A stretch of 32,000 nt of DNA from Methylomusa anaerophila. GTDB lineage: Bacteria > Bacillota > Negativicutes > Sporomusales > Sporomusaceae. The stretch's first letter is position 1, and each line of letters starts with the position of its first letter. The DNA is taken from positions 37,424 to 69,423 of the forward strand of contig NZ_AP018449.1 in NCBI RefSeq assembly GCF_003966895.1, given 5' to 3'. This document shows, piece after piece, positions 1-7,631 of the stretch. Below the pieces are notes generated by a model that ran no database searches, was not told the DNA's origin, and saw only the letters and a list, made by a program, of their open reading frames with translations. Made by a program: the position numbers and the translations under genes.

Positions 1-1690
1 ATTCCAACCCGTTGACCCTGGCCTCGCCGGAATTTATGAATTGCGACACCGTTCTGCCGGCAGAATTAGTAGAGGTGCGTTTATCAATTGCGTCGGTAAC
101 TTCTGTGTGATAAATATTCAACCGGGCCAGCAAGGTTTTATCAATCTGATAATCACAGCCCAGTTCATAGTTTATGTCTTTCTCCGGCTGTAGGCCAGGA
201 TTGCTTTTATAAATTACGCCGCTGCTGCTTTCCCAGTCTTTGGCCAATTCATAGATATTCGGCGCTCTGAATGCCCTGCCGATGGAAGAACGCAAGGTCA
301 GCTTATCATTCACCTTATGAACCAATCCTAACTTAGGATTAAAGCTGTCGGCTTTTCCTTCCGGCGTATTATTGGTTACATAACTTTTTCTCGTGCTGTC
401 ATAGCCGTAAGTGTAACCGTCGTAAAAACGCCAGTCATCGTAACGGCCGCCCAGATATAGAGTGGTATTGTCCCCCAGTTTATGTTCGTCCTGGATAAAG
501 AATGACTTGGTTTCCGTCTTGCCGCCAATATTGTTGTCACTATTGGCGGTAGCGGCAGCCAAATTCCAGCCCTGGGAAGCGACGGTCAGGGTTTTGGCCA
601 GGGAATCCGATTGTTCAGACCTATAAGTATAACCGATGGTCAATAAGTCTTTGGCGCCGGCTCGGAAGTTATACTGTACTTCCGCCTGGCTGGTTTTGGA
701 CGGATTACGGGTATAAGAATAGGAAGACACATTATTGGTAGTGGAACTGTAACTTGTAGATACGTACCAGCTTTCTATTTCCTTTTCGCCATAGCTGACT
801 TTCAGAGAACTGTCGCCGCTTAATTTTCTTTCATAATTTAAAGCCCAGATATTCTCATTGCGCACGCCGCGGTCGGCAACATTCTCACTGAAATATTTAA
901 ACCGGTTGTCGCCTCCCGACAAACTTATTTTGCTGTTCTCATCCGGGTGATACACTAATTTGCCGTCATACAATTTTCTGTCCATGCCGTTTTTGCCGGG
1001 ATTTCTAGCCCTATCCGATCCCGGTATGGCGGTTTTATAGTCTTCATAAGCTTCATAGCCGTCGGCAGAAGTACCCTGCGCCGTTATGAAGTAATCCAGT
1101 TTGCCGGCGCTGCCGCTGGTAAAAATCGACCTGGTGATTGTTTCCTGGCCGCCGATGCCCAGGCGGACAATTGTTTCTTGCCTGGCTTTTTCTTTGGTGA
1201 TGATATTAATAACCCCGCCCATAGCATTAGAACCGTATAAAGCAGATGCCGGCCCTTTGATTACCTCAATTCTGTCAATATTTTCCGTAGGAATATTCGC
1301 CAGGTTGACGCCGCCGTTATAGCCGTCGTTAATCGGCTGACCATCCATCAGGATGAGGATCTGCTTCTGACTGCCAAAGCCCCGCATGGTGATCGAATCG
1401 GTGGAACCCATGAGTCCTTTAGTTTGGCGGACATAGACCCCCGGAACCGTCGTCAGGGCATCAGCCACCCGTTTAATATTTTTTTTATCCATATCCTCTT
1501 TGGTAATGACTTCTACCGCCGCCGGCACATCCTTCACCTTTTTCTCCGTTTTCGTAGCCGTAACCACCACTTGATCCAGGTCAAACGTCGGTTCCCCGTC
1601 CGCCGCCGCCCCGGCAAGGTTTACAGGAGACAGCGCCACACCTAACGTTATCGCTAAGGCAATACTTTTGTGCTCCCACTTTTTGTTCAT
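1..1690 (-). CDS. TonB-dependent outer-membrane receptor, first ~563 codons (3' end of gene lies beyond window start)
   Basis: Absent from the ORF track because the frame has no stop inside the window. Hand translation of the minus strand from ATG 1690..1688 (GGAGGG 6 nt upstream) stays open to position 2. It reads MNKKWEHKSIALAITLGVALSPVNLAGAAADGEPTFDLDQVVVTATKTEKKVKDVPAAVEVITKEDMDKKNI...IEVIKGPASALYGSNAMGGVINIITK...NPGLQPEKDINYELG..., showing a signal peptide, TonB-box/plug motifs and barrel strands. Clear paralogue of the receptor at 18227..19739. Confidence 0.9.
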   Translation of the reverse strand, partial: MNKKWEHKSIALAITLGVALSPVNLAGAAADGEPTFDLDQVVVTATKTEKKVKDVPAAVEVITKEDMDKKNIKRVADALTTVPGVYVRQTKGLMGSTDSITMRGFGSQKQILILMDGQPINDGYNGGVNLANIPTENIDRIEVIKGPASALYGSNAMGGVINIITKEKARQETIVRLGIGGQETITRSIFTSGSAGKLDYFITAQGTSADGYEAYEDYKTAIPGSDRARNPGKNGMDRKLYDGKLVYHPDENSKISLSGGDNRFKYFSENVADRGVRNENIWALNYERKLSGDSSLKVSYGEKEIESWYVSTSYSSTTNNVSSYSYTRNPSKTSQAEVQYNFRAGAKDLLTIGYTYRSEQSDSLAKTLTVASQGWNLAAATANSDNNIGGKTETKSFFIQDEHKLGDNTTLYLGGRYDDWRFYDGYTYGYDSTRKSYVTNNTPEGKADSFNPKLGLVHKVNDKLTLRSSIGRAFRAPNIYELAKDWESSSGVIYKSNPGLQPEKDINYELGCDYQIDKTLLARLNIYHTEVTDAIDKRTSTNSAGRTVSQFINSGEARVNGLE

Positions 1691-1816
1691 TATTTTCCCT
1701 CCATTGTGTGTGTGCAAATGATCAGTTCCATGGCGCGAATAATAAATTGGCAAGTCCCGGGACCGGTAAACAACCAAATCAATCTACCGGCCTTTACAGC
1801 AAATACCCCCTTTACA

Positions 1817-1879
1817 TAAAAATGCCATGAAAAATAAACATACCCGCATACTGGGACGGGTTGTTCACCTTCATGGCAT
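1817..1879 (-). terminator. Terminator-like (attenuator) hairpin inside the 5' leader of the receptor gene
   Basis: Minus strand: 5' arm ATGCCATGAA (1879..1870) and 3' arm TTCATGGCAT (1831..1822) form a perfect 10 bp stem. It encloses an inner hairpin ACCCGT/GCGGGT and is followed by TTTTAT (1821..1817). It sits about 130 nt upstream of the start codon, so it acts as an attenuator rather than an operon-end terminator. Confidence 0.5.
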
Positions 1880-1970
1880 AAATCTTTCAACAATTCAATT
1901 ATTAATTACAAATTATTATTTAAGATCCACTCGGACTCAGTGGCAGCTTCAGCTGCCGTTACTAAGTAAT

Positions 1971-1999
1971 ATCTTACACAAGCTCGGCTATTTCGTCAA
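1971..1999 (-). promoter_or_regulatory. Sigma-70-type promoter for the receptor gene leader
   Basis: Minus strand TTGACG (1999..1994), a 17-nt spacer, then TAAGAT (1976..1971). It lies in the 345-bp gap after the CobN stop and predicts a leader of about 270 nt. Confidence 0.45.
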
Positions 2000-2035
2000 T
2001 ATATAATAATAATCCCTAATAAAAATCACCGTACC

Positions 2036-3619
2036 CTATTTCGCCATTTTAGCTTTCCAGGCGGGAACGTCTTCCATTGTCAGGATATCAATCGAGCCCC
2101 CCTGGAATTCGCCGTCAATATCGCCCATCCGTTCTTCCATCCAACCTTCAATCTCCATATATGTTTCCTGTATTCCAGCCAATATCTCAGGATCTGCCTG
2201 CCAAAGGCCGCGCTGCGCCGCTTCCAGCAGCCGCCGGGTGATCTCTTCCATGGCCCAGGGACTCTGTTCTTTAAACCAGTCGCGCATTTCATGATCCAGC
2301 ACATAGGTACGGGCGATATCATCAAATATCCAGTCACCGACTGCGCCGGTGGTAGCTTCCCAGCCATAGATGCGGCCGATGCGTTTGGCCATGTCGCCCG
2401 CGCCCTTGTAGCCGTGCCGCTTCATGCCTTCAATCCAGCGGGGGTTCAGAATCTTAATCCTGACGACCCGGTTGATTTCCTCCGCCAGGCTGGTTACCTG
2501 CGCCCGTTCCGGGTCACGGGTGTCGCCATAATAGGTCTGTACTTTCTTGCCGGAAATCATCTGCGCCGCCGCAGTCAGACCGCCATAATTGGAGAAGTGG
2601 CAGCAACAGCCAAACAAATCATATTCATCGGTAGCCACTTTATTATAAGTAACGTCCACTGTTTTCAACTGATACTCAAGCTGCGGCTGAGCCTCCCTGC
2701 CGCCTCTGTCTTTGCCGTAGGCATAGCCGCTCCAGTGCAAATAGATATCCGCCAGGTCTTTTTCCGTCTTCCAGGCCGAAGCGTAAACCGCCAAACTGAC
2801 GCCGGAACCATAGGTTCCCGGTCTGCTGCCAAAAATCCGGGCTGTCGCTTGTTCCCAGTTATTTTGATTGGCAGCCAGGTTTTCCAGCGTATGCTTGCGC
2901 ACATAATTCAGGTCGGACGGTTCGTCCAACTCCGCCACAGCCCTGATGGCCTGGTCAAGAAATTCGGTAATGCCGGGAAAACAATCCCTGAGTATGCCGC
3001 TGATCTTTAACGTTACGTCAATACGGGGACGATTAAGTTCACATAAAGGAATAATCTTGAATCCGTTTATCTTACCGCCGGGCAGCCACTTGGGCTCTAC
3101 TCCGAGGAGAGCAAGAATTTGCGCTACCTGTTCCCCGTCGGTCCACATGCAATCACCGGCATTTAGTATCATGGCGCAATTTTCCGGCAGTTTTCCCGTA
3201 TCCTGCTGATTCCTGGCCAACAGCGCCGCTGCCAGTTGCCGGCCAACCCGCCAGGCGGCCTGAGTGGGAATACGGTCAGGGTCGGCGCTGTAGAAATTCC
3301 GGCCTGTCGGCATGATATCGACACGTCCCCGTGAGATCAACCCGGACGGACCGGCGCTGATATAACCGCCTTGAAACCCATGCAGCAGGCTGTCCATCTC
3401 TTTAGAAGCCGACATTCTATTATCAATATTCAGCGTCTTTTCCTGCCACAAAGCCAATTCCTCAACCTTTTCCGCATTAACCAGATATTTTCCCAATACG
3501 CGCCCGGCAATTGCCAATAAGTTGTTACCAGCGTATTCACGTTGAATAACATGCTGTTTTCCGTCAAGCACCTTATTGGCAATTTCCAACATGGCTTTAT
3601 TATCCTGGCATAAATTCAT
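2036..3619 (-). CDS. cobN: CobN-family chelatase large subunit, C-terminal segment (527 aa) of a gene split by an in-frame TAG
   Basis: The ORF-track protein is collinear with the last ~525 residues of the intact paralogue at 19825..23751 (EMDSLLHGFQGGYISAGPSG vs EMDSLLHGLEGGYIASGPSG; NPRWIEGMKRHGYKGAGDMAKR vs NPKWIEGMKRHGYKGAGDIAKR). ATG 3619 is preceded by GGGAGGGG. It is in the same frame as 3623..5977, separated only by TAG-ATT. Confidence 0.9.
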   Translation of the reverse strand: MNLCQDNKAMLEIANKVLDGKQHVIQREYAGNNLLAIAGRVLGKYLVNAEKVEELALWQEKTLNIDNRMSASKEMDSLLHGFQGGYISAGPSGLISRGRVDIMPTGRNFYSADPDRIPTQAAWRVGRQLAAALLARNQQDTGKLPENCAMILNAGDCMWTDGEQVAQILALLGVEPKWLPGGKINGFKIIPLCELNRPRIDVTLKISGILRDCFPGITEFLDQAIRAVAELDEPSDLNYVRKHTLENLAANQNNWEQATARIFGSRPGTYGSGVSLAVYASAWKTEKDLADIYLHWSGYAYGKDRGGREAQPQLEYQLKTVDVTYNKVATDEYDLFGCCCHFSNYGGLTAAAQMISGKKVQTYYGDTRDPERAQVTSLAEEINRVVRIKILNPRWIEGMKRHGYKGAGDMAKRIGRIYGWEATTGAVGDWIFDDIARTYVLDHEMRDWFKEQSPWAMEEITRRLLEAAQRGLWQADPEILAGIQETYMEIEGWMEERMGDIDGEFQGGSIDILTMEDVPAWKAKMAK

Positions 3620-3622
3620 AAT

Positions 3623-5977
3623 CTATCCCCTCCCATTCACCGTAATAAACTCACGGATAAAACTCTTGGCACAGATATGGATCTCCTGCAGCAAATCGCC
3701 GTAGGTCTTGCCAAACGCTTCATGCCAAACATGGGGCGTTTCATGCAATGCATCATAGTCTAGACCCATCAGTTCAGCTACCAAGCGACCGAATGACCGG
3801 CTTTCTTCCGTATCGTGGCGCAAAACGGAATGGATGAAGTTCACCCTTCCTTCCCCTTGAGGAATAGAGTCAAAAATATGCATGCCGTCTTGATGCATGC
3901 TGCTTTTCATGCGGTTGAGAACGGCATGGGTTTTCTCAACTATTGCCGGGAAATCTTGATTCAAATCAATTTCGACAGTCAAATTGGCCTGGGTAATCTT
4001 TTCTGCGATCAAGTGTTCCAAGGCGTTGGCCCTGGTTTTATCCTGGGTGCAGGCCTGCTGATATTCACCCAGCATAGCTGCCAAATCATCATAAGCGCCA
4101 TAGGCTGCCGTTTCCACCATTACTGTCTGCATATGCCCGACCAGTGTGGCATAGCTGCGCCGTTTGGCTATGGTTCCTTCCGCCGGATTGTCGGTATTAT
4201 AGATGTATAAATGCGGCAACGTACCCAGGGTAAGCTCAGGATAACAGCTTTCCGACAAGCCCAACGCCTTCCCGGGAAGAAATTCCAAATTGCCGTGTGT
4301 CCCGACATGAACCAACGCGTCGGCTCCCCATACATCTTCAAGATAACGATAGGTGGCGACATACTGGTGCGTTGGCGGACATTCCGGATCATGCAGGATT
4401 TTACATACCCTGCCGTCGCAGCGCGGTCCGGCGCAACCGCGTTTGGGTTGAGCGCAAATTACGGCGTTGCCGTATTCCACGCCGGTAATAAGAATATCGC
4501 CCTGATACACCATGGCGGCAGGTACTTCGTCAATTTCTTCACCGGGAGGATTTCCCCATGTGGCAGTCATGGCCTGCCGCGCTTCGGACGGAAAGCCGTT
4601 AAACCAGCGCCGGTATTCATCTGTTTTAAGGTATCGTAATACGCCGCCTTTTTGCACAATCTCCTCAATCGGCGTCCAGCGGAAATCGGAAATGGCTTTT
4701 CTGTCCATGATGGTGTGGATAAGTTCTTCGCCATTTTGGGGCAATTCCTGCAAAGAGTAGCCCTGGCTTTGCATCTCTTTCATAATCCGGGCGACACTTT
4801 CCAGGGTGTCAAGGTTAGCGCCGCCGCCGACCGATAGTTCAGCGCCGACACAAGGATTGTTATGCAAAATAAAAGCGACTTTCCGCCGATCAACCGGTTT
4901 ATTTTTAAGGTCAATCCATTTTTTCACCCGCCGGCACAAGTAACAGATGCGGCCGGCCAGCGGCCGGTGGTATTCCAGGGCGCCGCCGGTATCAGGCTGG
5001 GGCGAACGCTCCTGGCAGGCAATCACGATAGGCTCGATAACTCCGTTCATTTCCGGCATACCGACCGCCCACACCATGCTGGCGCCAGAAATGCCATACT
5101 TGTCGGCCCGCCATTCCTCTTCGGTCTTGCTGTATGTCGTCAAGCCTTTAATAATGGGCACATTCATCCGCTGCAAAAGGTCAAATCCGTCAGTATCGCC
5201 GGTTGCTCCCTGCTCAGCCGGTTTAATCAGCATCGAGGATTGCAGATCAATCAATGCATCAATCACCGGCTGCCCTTGTTGCATAAAATATTCATTGATC
5301 ACATACCGGTTGCCCAGCGATCCGGTATCGGCATCGGCGCTGCCGGTTGCAAACGCCGGCAATGCGTTCAGCCCTAAGCCATCACACTCCCGGATGATGG
5401 AATCAATAATCTCATAGTTCTTATTAATCCAGAGGCTGCGGTAGAATAAAATCCCTACCGTGGGACGTTCCGGCTGATATCCCGGGCATTTTTTCCGGTA
5501 TTCGCCGGCACTGTCCATTATTTCGTCAACACCGGGATAATAGATGCCTTGCCAGGCCAATTCCGCCGGCGGCGCTGCCTCGCAATCCTGTCCCAGCACT
5601 TCTTTCAGCACATAGAACAAAGCGCTGCGGGCGTTTTCCTCACCGCCATAGGTTAGGTATTGCTGCACAGTGAGGGCTACCGGCCCGGGTACCGTATTAT
5701 AGACTAACAAAGCAGGCGCATTGCCAAAGACAACCACCGGTATAACCGTTGATATTTCCTTTAGGTCGCCGGACATGGCCTCCCAAACGGCATTGGCATT
5801 AGCGTATATAACCAGAACATCAGCCTCCTGCCTGGCATACCGGAAGAAAGCTTCCCGGCACTCCGCCTCACCCATGTCTTTCATGCTGTAGATTTTGAGT
5901 TCCAGACCGTCGATTTCCCTGGCGGCCGCAACTAGCGCCTGCATATAGGAACCCCACATTATCGACGCAATTTTCAT
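3623..5977 (-). CDS. cobN: CobN-family chelatase large subunit, N-terminal segment (784 aa), ends at an in-frame TAG
   Basis: Collinear with residues 1 to ~790 of the intact paralogue (HNNPCVGAELSVGGGANLDTLESVARIM vs NNNPCAGTELSVGGASHLDSLESVARIM; KILHDPECPPTHQYVA in both). I chose ATG 5977 (MKIASIMWG, matching MRIAFLTWG of the paralogue) because AGAGGTG lies 6 nt upstream. The ORF-track start at 6055 has no RBS. Confidence 0.88.
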   Translation of the reverse strand: MKIASIMWGSYMQALVAAAREIDGLELKIYSMKDMGEAECREAFFRYARQEADVLVIYANANAVWEAMSGDLKEISTVIPVVVFGNAPALLVYNTVPGPVALTVQQYLTYGGEENARSALFYVLKEVLGQDCEAAPPAELAWQGIYYPGVDEIMDSAGEYRKKCPGYQPERPTVGILFYRSLWINKNYEIIDSIIRECDGLGLNALPAFATGSADADTGSLGNRYVINEYFMQQGQPVIDALIDLQSSMLIKPAEQGATGDTDGFDLLQRMNVPIIKGLTTYSKTEEEWRADKYGISGASMVWAVGMPEMNGVIEPIVIACQERSPQPDTGGALEYHRPLAGRICYLCRRVKKWIDLKNKPVDRRKVAFILHNNPCVGAELSVGGGANLDTLESVARIMKEMQSQGYSLQELPQNGEELIHTIMDRKAISDFRWTPIEEIVQKGGVLRYLKTDEYRRWFNGFPSEARQAMTATWGNPPGEEIDEVPAAMVYQGDILITGVEYGNAVICAQPKRGCAGPRCDGRVCKILHDPECPPTHQYVATYRYLEDVWGADALVHVGTHGNLEFLPGKALGLSESCYPELTLGTLPHLYIYNTDNPAEGTIAKRRSYATLVGHMQTVMVETAAYGAYDDLAAMLGEYQQACTQDKTRANALEHLIAEKITQANLTVEIDLNQDFPAIVEKTHAVLNRMKSSMHQDGMHIFDSIPQGEGRVNFIHSVLRHDTEESRSFGRLVAELMGLDYDALHETPHVWHEAFGKTYGDLLQEIHICAKSFIREFITVNGRG

Positions 5978-6073
5978 TTTCATCACCTCTTTTTTATTTT
6001 GCCATTGGCGATTATGAGCGAGCACTAAGCAATCCTGTTGCTCGTTTGTTATCACCTCATCCTCCTGCGCATC

Positions 6074-6808
6074 TCACTCACTATACCGTGTATATAACCA
6101 CACTCCCCAGCCGTAAAATATGCAAGTTAAACCCGTCATCACTCCTGCCGCCCACCAAACATCGCCCTGCCAGCTGGCGGCCCGCAGCATGGTGTTTAAC
6201 GAAGCAATGGGCGTTAATTTCATAATAGCGGCCAGCCAAACCGGCAGATTATGCAGCGGAAAAAACGAGCCGCCAAAGAAAGTCATGGGGGTAATAAAAA
6301 AATTGTTGACAATGGAAATGTCATCCGGATTATTAACCAGCATGCCTACCACTACTCCCAAAGAAGAAAAACACAAGGCTCCCAGGATGACGCCGGCAAC
6401 TGCCGGCATACTGTTTAACCCAATCACGCTGAATGCCAGCAGGGCAACCAGGAACACCAAAGCGCCAAATAGCAAACTGCGGACCACCCCGGCCAATATG
6501 ATCCCGAAAATTACCTGACCTACCGGAATCGGACTGACGATAATATTTTGAAAATGACGAAAGTACTTGCCGGAGCTGATGGAAGAGGCTGTTTGCTGAT
6601 AGGCGTTCAACATGACGGTCACGCCGATGATACCGGCGGCTAAAAAAGGCAGATACCCGCCGTCGACGTTGACCCTGCCTCCCAGCCCCAGCCCGAAAGC
6701 AAACAGATAGATAAACGGAGAAACAAGAAAAGAGAACACATAGCCCATTTTACCGACCTTTTTCCAGAGCAGCTTCATTTCCCGCCGGAATACGGCATAC
6801 CAACCCAT
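6074..6808 (-). CDS. ABC-2 type transporter permease
   Basis: 244 aa with about 6 hydrophobic helices and an N-terminal FRREMKLLWKK motif typical of ABC-2 permeases. Its start overlaps the stop of the upstream ATPase (TGATG at 6806..6810). Confidence 0.85.
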   Translation of the reverse strand: MGWYAVFRREMKLLWKKVGKMGYVFSFLVSPFIYLFAFGLGLGGRVNVDGGYLPFLAAGIIGVTVMLNAYQQTASSISSGKYFRHFQNIIVSPIPVGQVIFGIILAGVVRSLLFGALVFLVALLAFSVIGLNSMPAVAGVILGALCFSSLGVVVGMLVNNPDDISIVNNFFITPMTFFGGSFFPLHNLPVWLAAIMKLTPIASLNTMLRAASWQGDVWWAAGVMTGLTCIFYGWGVWLYTRYSE

Positions 6809-7590
6809 CAGAATTCACCGTTTCTGGCCAGTTGAATAAACACTTTTTCCAAAGCGGCCGCCGTACTGACCCCGGCCTCAGCGCCAAACCGCTCCCGGAT
6901 TGCCGCCGGCGTATCCAACAGCGCCAGCCGGCCGGAGCGCAGCATGGCTATCCTGTCGCATAACTGCTCAGCCTCTTCCATATAATGAGTGGTAATAATC
7001 ACCGTAATGCCCTGGTCAACCAGTTGCCGGATAATCGTCCAGATATCCTGCCTAATATCCGGATCAAGTCCCACGGTCGGCTCATCCAATAAAAGCAGTC
7101 TCGGTTCCGGCATCAGCGCTCTGGCAATGAGCGCCCGCCTTACCATCCCGCCCGACAGTATGCCGACTCTTTTATGGCACATTCCCTCCATAGCAAATGC
7201 GGCAATGGTCTGTTCAACCTTTTGTTTTAGTGGTTTGACGCCAAACAGCCGGCCATAGACTTCCAGCGCTTCCTTGATCGTAAGTTCCCGTTCCAGATTA
7301 TGGTTTTGCGGCACCAACCCCACTAATCGCTTCACGCGGTCGTTAGCATTGGCTATATTATGGCCAAAAATCCGGATCGTGCCGGCGCTAGGCCGCACCA
7401 GGCCGGCAATGGCTTTCATCAGCGTTGTTTTGCCGGCGCCGTTAGGTCCCAGCAGGCCAAAAACCTCTCCGGTCCGCACGGTCAGCGATACATCATTCAA
7501 TGCTTTATAATGCTCATACATCTTGGAAATTCCGCTAATCTGAACTCCATACGGCGTGGCAGGCATTTTGCCCCGATCCGCTGTCTCCAT
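6808..7590 (-). CDS. ABC transporter ATP-binding protein
   Basis: Walker A GPNGAGKTT, signature LSGGMVRR, Walker B LLLLDEPTVGLD. Start placed at ATG 7590 (GAGGT 6 nt upstream); the ORF-track start at 7608 lacks an RBS. Confidence 0.9.
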   Translation of the reverse strand: METADRGKMPATPYGVQISGISKMYEHYKALNDVSLTVRTGEVFGLLGPNGAGKTTLMKAIAGLVRPSAGTIRIFGHNIANANDRVKRLVGLVPQNHNLERELTIKEALEVYGRLFGVKPLKQKVEQTIAAFAMEGMCHKRVGILSGGMVRRALIARALMPEPRLLLLDEPTVGLDPDIRQDIWTIIRQLVDQGITVIITTHYMEEAEQLCDRIAMLRSGRLALLDTPAAIRERFGAEAGVSTAAALEKVFIQLARNGEF

Positions 7591-7631
7591 ATTGTTACCT
7601 CGCTGCATTTTAGATAGATAATTTTTTATAA

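Noticed and set aside
1690-1893. 67-aa minus-strand ORF (MLKDLCHEGEQ...) spanning the receptor leader
   Set aside because: It runs straight through the terminator-like hairpin and the RBS of the receptor gene, and has no Shine-Dalgarno or recognisable motif. The region is better explained as structured leader RNA.
1691-1964. Cobalamin riboswitch upstream of the TonB receptor
   Set aside because: One is expected biologically, and the fragment GCCACTG is present (about 1938..1944). However, I could not find the conserved GGGAA, GGTG.AA..CC and CCCGC..CTG core or a B12-box-like AG.C.G.AG.CC.GCC element. I will not call it without a covariance-model search.
2001-2015. Fur-box-like sequence (minus strand GGATTATTATTATAT) just upstream of the -35 element
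   Set aside because: It matches about 10/14 positions of the 7-1-7 TGATAAT-N-ATTATCA consensus. But the stretch is simply AT-rich and poorly palindromic, so a chance resemblance cannot be excluded.
2291-3010. Long plus-strand ORFs in the track (e.g. 2291..3010, 4862..5377, 8520..9281, 12489..12998, 25397..26137, 28587..29345, 28750..29478, 29582..30292, 31404..31925)
   Set aside because: All lie entirely inside minus-strand genes that have unmistakable family motifs. Their products are Arg/Pro/His/Gly-rich, low-complexity and motif-free, and have no RBS. They are typical antisense shadow ORFs.
3623-3625. Calling the in-frame TAG a pyrrolysine codon
   Set aside because: No pyl genes or tRNA-Pyl are visible in the window, and nothing in the sequence distinguishes recoding from a plain nonsense mutation. 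It is kept only as an alternative to test.
5978-6055. N-terminal extensions given by the ORF track (6055, 23769, 7608, 29333, 13703, 15242, 15936, 17225)
   Set aside because: The extended starts lack an RBS or overlap it. Internal ATG/TTG codons sit 5-9 nt after GGAGG-type sites and align with the paralogue N-termini. The choice at 13682 versus 13703 remains uncertain.
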